A DNA stretch of 41,776 bases from a virus, in the IMG/VR virus record IMGVR_UViG_3300045988_070752; one strand, 5' to 3'. The notes beneath the pieces are model-generated. The model was not told the origin of the DNA, searched no databases, and saw only the letters and a program-made list of their open reading frames with translations. Positions 37,951-41,776 of this stretch are shown here, one piece after another (position 1 is the stretch's first letter; every line of letters starts with the position of its first letter). Both the position numbers and the translations under genes were made by a program.

Positions 37951-38646
37951 TTATTTTGCGCTTGCCGCAATCTTGGCCAGATAATCTTTCAGCACTTCGG
38001 ACTGATGCTCTGCGGGCACATCTGCGCCATAATAAATCTCCTGTAAGACATCTTTATCCGCTGCGGCCTGGATCCACATATTGATGCTATTACAATACGT
38101 CCTGTGATATCCGATCCAAAACATTGTCTGCTGCACGATAAGACTAATCTCTGTTGGTGTGTAATACCGGCACGGTTTGCCATCCTCATGGTATGCGATC
38201 TGCTGCTCACCGGCAGCAACCGCAGCTTGACTTCCAATTAGGTTAATCTGGTCATTAGCGGTCAAAGAAAAATGCTCCACGCCGCCCGGAAGCTGCACAT
38301 CAACACCCTTTGCAATGGTCTGCTCGCAGGCAGCACTCACTTCCTGCTTCTTGGCCGTTTTAAGCTCATCAAGGGTAAGTTCATAGACCGGCTCCGGATC
38401 CGGCTCTGCTGGTGGCACGTACACACTGCCGTCATTTGACAAGATGTAGCCATTTTCGATTGTTCGATAAATGGTGTCATATCCCGTTCCATCAAAAAGC
38501 AGTTCCCCGCTTTCTCTTACTACTTTCAATTCTTTTATTTCTTCTTCTGTCGGCACGATATCCGGCAGTTCGATTTTGATTAAGTTTTCATTTATTCTTT
38601 TACATGTTCCGGCTATTGGTGTGCCGGTTCTTAATTCTATGTGCAT
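37951..38646 (-). CDS. Structural-module hypothetical protein (231 aa from the ATG at 38646)
   Basis: RBS AAAGGAG before MHIELRTGTPIAG... The ORF-track start (38727) is an alternative codon with no RBS. Confidence 0.5.
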   Translation of the reverse strand: MHIELRTGTPIAGTCKRINENLIKIELPDIVPTEEEIKELKVVRESGELLFDGTGYDTIYRTIENGYILSNDGSVYVPPAEPDPEPVYELTLDELKTAKKQEVSAACEQTIAKGVDVQLPGGVEHFSLTANDQINLIGSQAAVAAGEQQIAYHEDGKPCRYYTPTEISLIVQQTMFWIGYHRTYCNSINMWIQAAADKDVLQEIYYGADVPAEHQSEVLKDYLAKIAASAK

Positions 38647-38728
38647 TTTTTCTCCTTTCTTTTCGCAACGAAACACGAAATTATCTGCGGTATCAAAACA
38701 GTATACCGGGGGATTATTGGCTGGCACG

Positions 38729-38995
38729 ATGTATGCTGACAGAATCGGAAATACTGTATCAGTGAATTATGGAGGCGATATCACAAAGGCTCCTGCTGGC
38801 GAAACAACTATTGCCACGTTGGATGCGCCCTTCCGGCCGATTCGGCGCAACATTGTTGTATCTACACGCAATTCCAACTATCAGATCAGTGTGGATCCAG
38901 ATGGGCGAGTGACCTTATACAATTACGGTTCTGCTTATAGTGGAGCCTCTATTTGCAGGTTTAGTTTTACCTATTTAACGGATTCTTCATTTTAA
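38729..38995 (+). CDS. Opposite-strand ORF (88 aa) resembling a fibre-tip beta domain; no RBS
   Basis: [40 protein letters not shown]...[24 protein letters not shown]. Its stop (38993..38995) overlaps the fibre gene stop (38992..38994) tail-to-tail. The frame stays open upstream to 38471. Confidence 0.3.
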   Translation: MYADRIGNTVSVNYGGDITKAPAGETTIATLDAPFRPIRRNIVVSTRNSNYQISVDPDGRVTLYNYGSAYSGASICRFSFTYLTDSSF

Positions 38996-40311
38996 TACAC
39001 ACCATATACGGTTAAAGCGCGACCTGTGGTTCCGGACACTCTAGTTGCCTGCAGCTGTGTTTTACCTACCCATCTCAACTGGAAACGATCTGTTGTCAGC
39101 CAAGAATTATATCCAGTATTGCAGGATAATCGAAATAATTCTATTGGTACAAAAGCTTGTCTGTATATAGACACGCCATCTGCATATTGTTCTACAACAT
39201 ACAAGTATCGATATTTGCTCATGTCTGATACTGTGTAGCTTGACTGTTCGGTGCCGGAGTAGGACAGCAACTTATCATAAGTTCCATGCTTGTCAATATT
39301 CGTGTTTAGCTGCGTAAGGCTATCCTTTACATCTTTGGCATCCGCCAGATATCCTCTCTCTGATATTGCGGCGCTCCATTCTTCTTCGGACAGGATTTTG
39401 CTTGCATTGATCTTGAGCGCCAGGCCCGCAAACAAATCTGCCAGTCCCTTCGTCACTCTTCCCATAAATGTTTTTAACGTGATTCCAGGCTTTGGTTCTG
39501 TGTACGATTGTGGTATCGTGTATTCAACCGTTCCCGTCTCCCCGTCTCTTGCATCCGACAACGCTTTCTGCGCTTTCCCAAGCCACGTTTTTAATTTGTC
39601 TCCGCTATTCGGCAGCGCGTACTGTGATTCTGCAGTATATTCTGTCACTGCATCCATCAGGCCGTTCAAGCTCCCGGGATCTCCCTTTTCTCCTTTTATC
39701 CCCTGTGGACCCGGATCTCCTTTGTCTCCTTTTTCGCCTTTTATCCCCTGTGGACCCGGATCTCCTTTCAGCCCTGTTTCTCCTTTTACTCCCTGTGGAC
39801 CCGGATCTCCTTTGTCTCCTTTTTCTCCTTTTACTCCCTGCGGGCCCGGGTCTCCTTTCAGCCCTGTTCTTTTCAGTTCTTCGACCTCGCCCAGCGCATT
39901 TTCTACTTTTTTCTGCAGTGCCTCATAGTCCGACAATTTCCCTGATGCGTCCGGTTCTTGCAGATTCTGTTCTACGTAAAAAGCGCCCGTGAACGAATTC
40001 CAGCGCACTTCTCCCTGTTCGTCAAACGCTTTGATCTGTGCCAGCAATGTCCCGCTCGTTCCCACGTCCGACGGCAGGATTCCCCATGTCAGATGTATCT
40101 CGTTTTCTGATACAGCCTTTTCCAGATACGCTTCGTTTGGATTATCGTTTTCGTCTCGCAGGATCAGTTTAAATGTAAGTGCTGACAGGTCTGGCGTCCC
40201 TTCTTCTCTTTCGATGACAAATACGCGGGATTCTGAATTGCTGTCATTCACCGTCCCTATGTATGCCTCATCTTTCGGGATGTACATCGTCCTTCTTTTG
40301 ATCTTGACCAT
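38992..40311 (-). CDS. Collagen-like repeat fibre protein (BppU_N-like N-terminus, 21 G-X-Y triplets, globular C-terminus)
   Basis: aa 150-213: [25 protein letters not shown]... The N-terminal ~110 aa resemble the Ig-like BppU N-domain pattern. The C-terminal ~220 aa are non-repetitive. Confidence 0.75.
   Translation of the reverse strand: MVKIKRRTMYIPKDEAYIGTVNDSNSESRVFVIEREEGTPDLSALTFKLILRDENDNPNEAYLEKAVSENEIHLTWGILPSDVGTSGTLLAQIKAFDEQGEVRWNSFTGAFYVEQNLQEPDASGKLSDYEALQKKVENALGEVEELKRTGLKGDPGPQGVKGEKGDKGDPGPQGVKGETGLKGDPGPQGIKGEKGDKGDPGPQGIKGEKGDPGSLNGLMDAVTEYTAESQYALPNSGDKLKTWLGKAQKALSDARDGETGTVEYTIPQSYTEPKPGITLKTFMGRVTKGLADLFAGLALKINASKILSEEEWSAAISERGYLADAKDVKDSLTQLNTNIDKHGTYDKLLSYSGTEQSSYTVSDMSKYRYLYVVEQYADGVSIYRQAFVPIELFRLSCNTGYNSWLTTDRFQLRWVGKTQLQATRVSGTTGRALTVYGVY
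39673..39864 (-). repeat. Coding tandem repeats (collagen G-X-Y region; ~45-nt units repeated at the DNA level)
   Basis: ggacccggatctcctttgtctcctttttc...-type units recur several times. They encode GDPGPQG(V/I)KGEKGDK. Confidence 0.85.
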
Positions 40312-40358
40312 GTTTCTCCTTTCTGAAAAAGGCGGTACTTTCGCACCGCCTCCCTCTT

Positions 40359-40661
40359 TTATACCTCGTTATTGATGTGTGCCAGCTGATATCTTCTGGC
40401 TGCTCTCTGCTGCTCTTCTGCATCTTTGATCGCCTGGACGAATTTTCGTTCCAGCATCACCGGTTCGTCAATGTCTCTTTTGATTACCCGGTTTTCTCCG
40501 TTTACTGCTACGTAGATGTCGTCCTTGTAAAACGCCCCGTCATAAAACGGTTTGTATTGGATCTTCTCGTCCCAGTATCCCGGATCATTCGGTGTCAGCT
40601 TCTTTGCTTCTTCGACTTTTGCTTCTTCGACTTTTGCTTCTGTCTTTGTTGGCATCTTCAC
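40359..40661 (-). CDS. Hypothetical protein after the capsid gene (100 aa), possible head decoration/accessory
   Basis: Starts 7 nt after the capsid stop. N-terminal [12 protein letters not shown] repeat. Confidence 0.5.
   Translation of the reverse strand: MKMPTKTEAKVEEAKVEEAKKLTPNDPGYWDEKIQYKPFYDGAFYKDDIYVAVNGENRVIKRDIDEPVMLERKFVQAIKDAEEQQRAARRYQLAHINNEV
40603..40640. repeat. 15-bp tandem repeat x2.5 (tttgcttcttcgact), coding for (AKVEE)n
   Basis: Read directly at 40603..40617, 40618..40632, and a partial copy at 40633..40640. Confidence 0.85.
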
Positions 40662-40667
40662 CCCTCC

Positions 40668-41690
40668 TTAGTTCGCTGCTGCTTTTGAGTACTGGGATGC
40701 AGAGCTCTCGATTCTCACCATGTACTGCTGCACAAGCAGCACGGCTGTCTTTAACGCTTTCCAGCCTACGGTTGATCTCTGGTCCAGCGGGTCTGCCGCG
40801 CCAGAGCTTCCCAGCGGTTTCACGATGTGCTGCAGGCCGCCTCCCTCTACTTCTGTAGTGCCATATGCGTTCTTCCCGATCACCAGTGTGGAGAATACAG
40901 ATACCCCGTCTCCGGCCAGGTTCCAGATCTTCGCTTCTGTGGATTCCACGAATCTCACATTTGAGAACTTTCCGATCTCTCCTTCGTACATCGGCTTTGC
41001 GTTTGTGTACTTGAAAATTTCTTTATATTCCTCGTCCCTCATGAGATCAAGTGCTACATACGGGTGGAGGACTGCTACAAAACTGTCCCCTACCGGTTTT
41101 GCGTTCTGCCCTTTCAGGGTTGTCACGGCCTTCATGACTTCCGCAACATTCAGCACGTTCGCTGCTGTAATTGCGCTTCTTGCTGCAGCACCTCCCGCAT
41201 ACTGGACATTTGTTCCGGCATTGATAACCTCTCTCGTGATGGTGTCAAGCGTTTTTCCTGCCTGCTCTGCGATCTCCTCCGTTGCCTCCACAACAATCGG
41301 GTCAATGGATGTCATCTGGATCACGTCAGACAGTAAAATGTAATCTCCATACTGGGATACTTCTGCTGTGATGTCTGTTACGGACATCTTCTTTCCCTTC
41401 GGGGTCACGCCCTCTGTCAGAGGTGTTAATGCTTTCGGGAGTGGATCAAATTTTCTAAATTCAATCTTTTTGCCTCCGTTTTTGGGGATGTTTCTCTTCT
41501 GGGCAAACTGATCGTGTACCAGCGCAGGGCCTGTCAGCTTGATGAGCAGCTTGTCGTAGTATGTTTTCATCTCCGGCGTCAACGTGTCTGTTGTCGTCGC
41601 ATTGATGTCTGTCGTTGTGTTTTCTCCTGTTGCAAAAAATGTCAGGAGCTTTTCCGGTGTTCCGTTAATCAAAAATAATTTTTTTTTCAT
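40668..41690 (-). CDS. Major capsid protein (N4-gp56-type family)
   Basis: 340 aa. YYDKLLIKL...VHDQFAQKRNIPKNGGKKIEFRKF..L...TPLTEGVTPKG...VSQYGDYILLSDV matches the pattern I recall for the N4-gp56 capsid family. RBS AAGGGAGAAAC. N-terminal ...EKLLTFFATGE propeptide-like motif. Confidence 0.85.
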   Translation of the reverse strand: MKKKLFLINGTPEKLLTFFATGENTTTDINATTTDTLTPEMKTYYDKLLIKLTGPALVHDQFAQKRNIPKNGGKKIEFRKFDPLPKALTPLTEGVTPKGKKMSVTDITAEVSQYGDYILLSDVIQMTSIDPIVVEATEEIAEQAGKTLDTITREVINAGTNVQYAGGAAARSAITAANVLNVAEVMKAVTTLKGQNAKPVGDSFVAVLHPYVALDLMRDEEYKEIFKYTNAKPMYEGEIGKFSNVRFVESTEAKIWNLAGDGVSVFSTLVIGKNAYGTTEVEGGGLQHIVKPLGSSGAADPLDQRSTVGWKALKTAVLLVQQYMVRIESSASQYSKAAAN

Positions 41691-41776
41691 GTTTCTCCCT
41701 TCTGCTGTCAGAATGAGATCTTTTCTCCTTTTTTGGCCTTGTTTGCCATTTCCAAGATTTCTTCCCCGGTCATTTC
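41678..41776. repeat. Second copy of the 99-bp terminal overlap; 41708..41776 duplicates the 3' end of the scaffold gene
   Basis: Identical to 1..99 by direct reading. Position 41690 (capsid ATG) corresponds to position 13. Confidence 0.95.

Noticed and set aside
38711-39111. Inverted repeat attattggctggca (38713..38726) versus tgtcagccaagaat (39095..39108) as the crossover site for fibre-tip inversion
   Set aside because: It is only a 12/14 match found by eye. Recombination there would join the fibre constant region to the alternative ORF out of frame, with a stop after about 12 codons. No invertase gene is adjacent. It is kept only as a caveat within the fibre-cassette finding.

Overview
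The first 99 bp of the window equal the last 99 bp, so this looks like a complete, circularly closed phage genome of 41,677 bp. It is a temperate tailed phage. The host is inferred to be Gram-positive, probably a gut clostridial Firmicute, from AGGAGG-type RBSs, a Prp protease, an XhlA/holin/GH24 plus PG-binding lysis cassette and a large serine integrase.

Most genes are on the minus strand.
- Early operon: starts at a perfect TTGACA-17-TATAAT promoter (16567..16539) and runs 16484->6897. It encodes a DUF6273-like protein, an HNH-like protein, a HUH Rep-like initiator, SSB, DUF551, three DNA methyltransferases (one split by a G8 tract), DUF4406-like, MazG-like and ASCH-like proteins.
- Late operon: starts at a TTGATA-17-TATAAT promoter (5866..5838). 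It runs through two small ORFs and a terminator, then terS, terL, portal, Prp and scaffold. It crosses the window ends into an N4-gp56-type capsid gene (40668..41690). It continues through fibre/tail genes, a 3,037-aa giant virion protein and the lysis cassette, ending at a bidirectional terminator (20897..20920).

Two islands are on the plus strand.
- Lysogeny module (16648..20846): repressor, lipoprotein, GYD-repeat membrane protein, an HTH protein and a serine integrase.
- A three-gene cassette led by a ribbon-helix-helix (RHH) gene (5965..6642).

The most unusual element is a self-contained non-coding locus with its own promoter and terminator (6900..6645, minus strand). It holds two diverged units, each ending in a CRISPR-repeat-like module with a type I-C-like ...GCGGATTGAAAT tail, and both stems covary between the units. 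It is convergent with the RHH cassette. Together they are a candidate anti-CRISPR/anti-defence island, and no cas genes are present.

Other notable items:
- a DUF2829/Tad2-like domain protein inside the lysis cassette;
- a possibly phase-variable C5-methyltransferase;
- a shared Prp-type KLLTFF processing motif on scaffold and capsid;
- a fibre-tip-like ORF on the opposite strand, tail-to-tail with the collagen-like fibre gene.

All family assignments come from motif recognition by eye. No searches were run.
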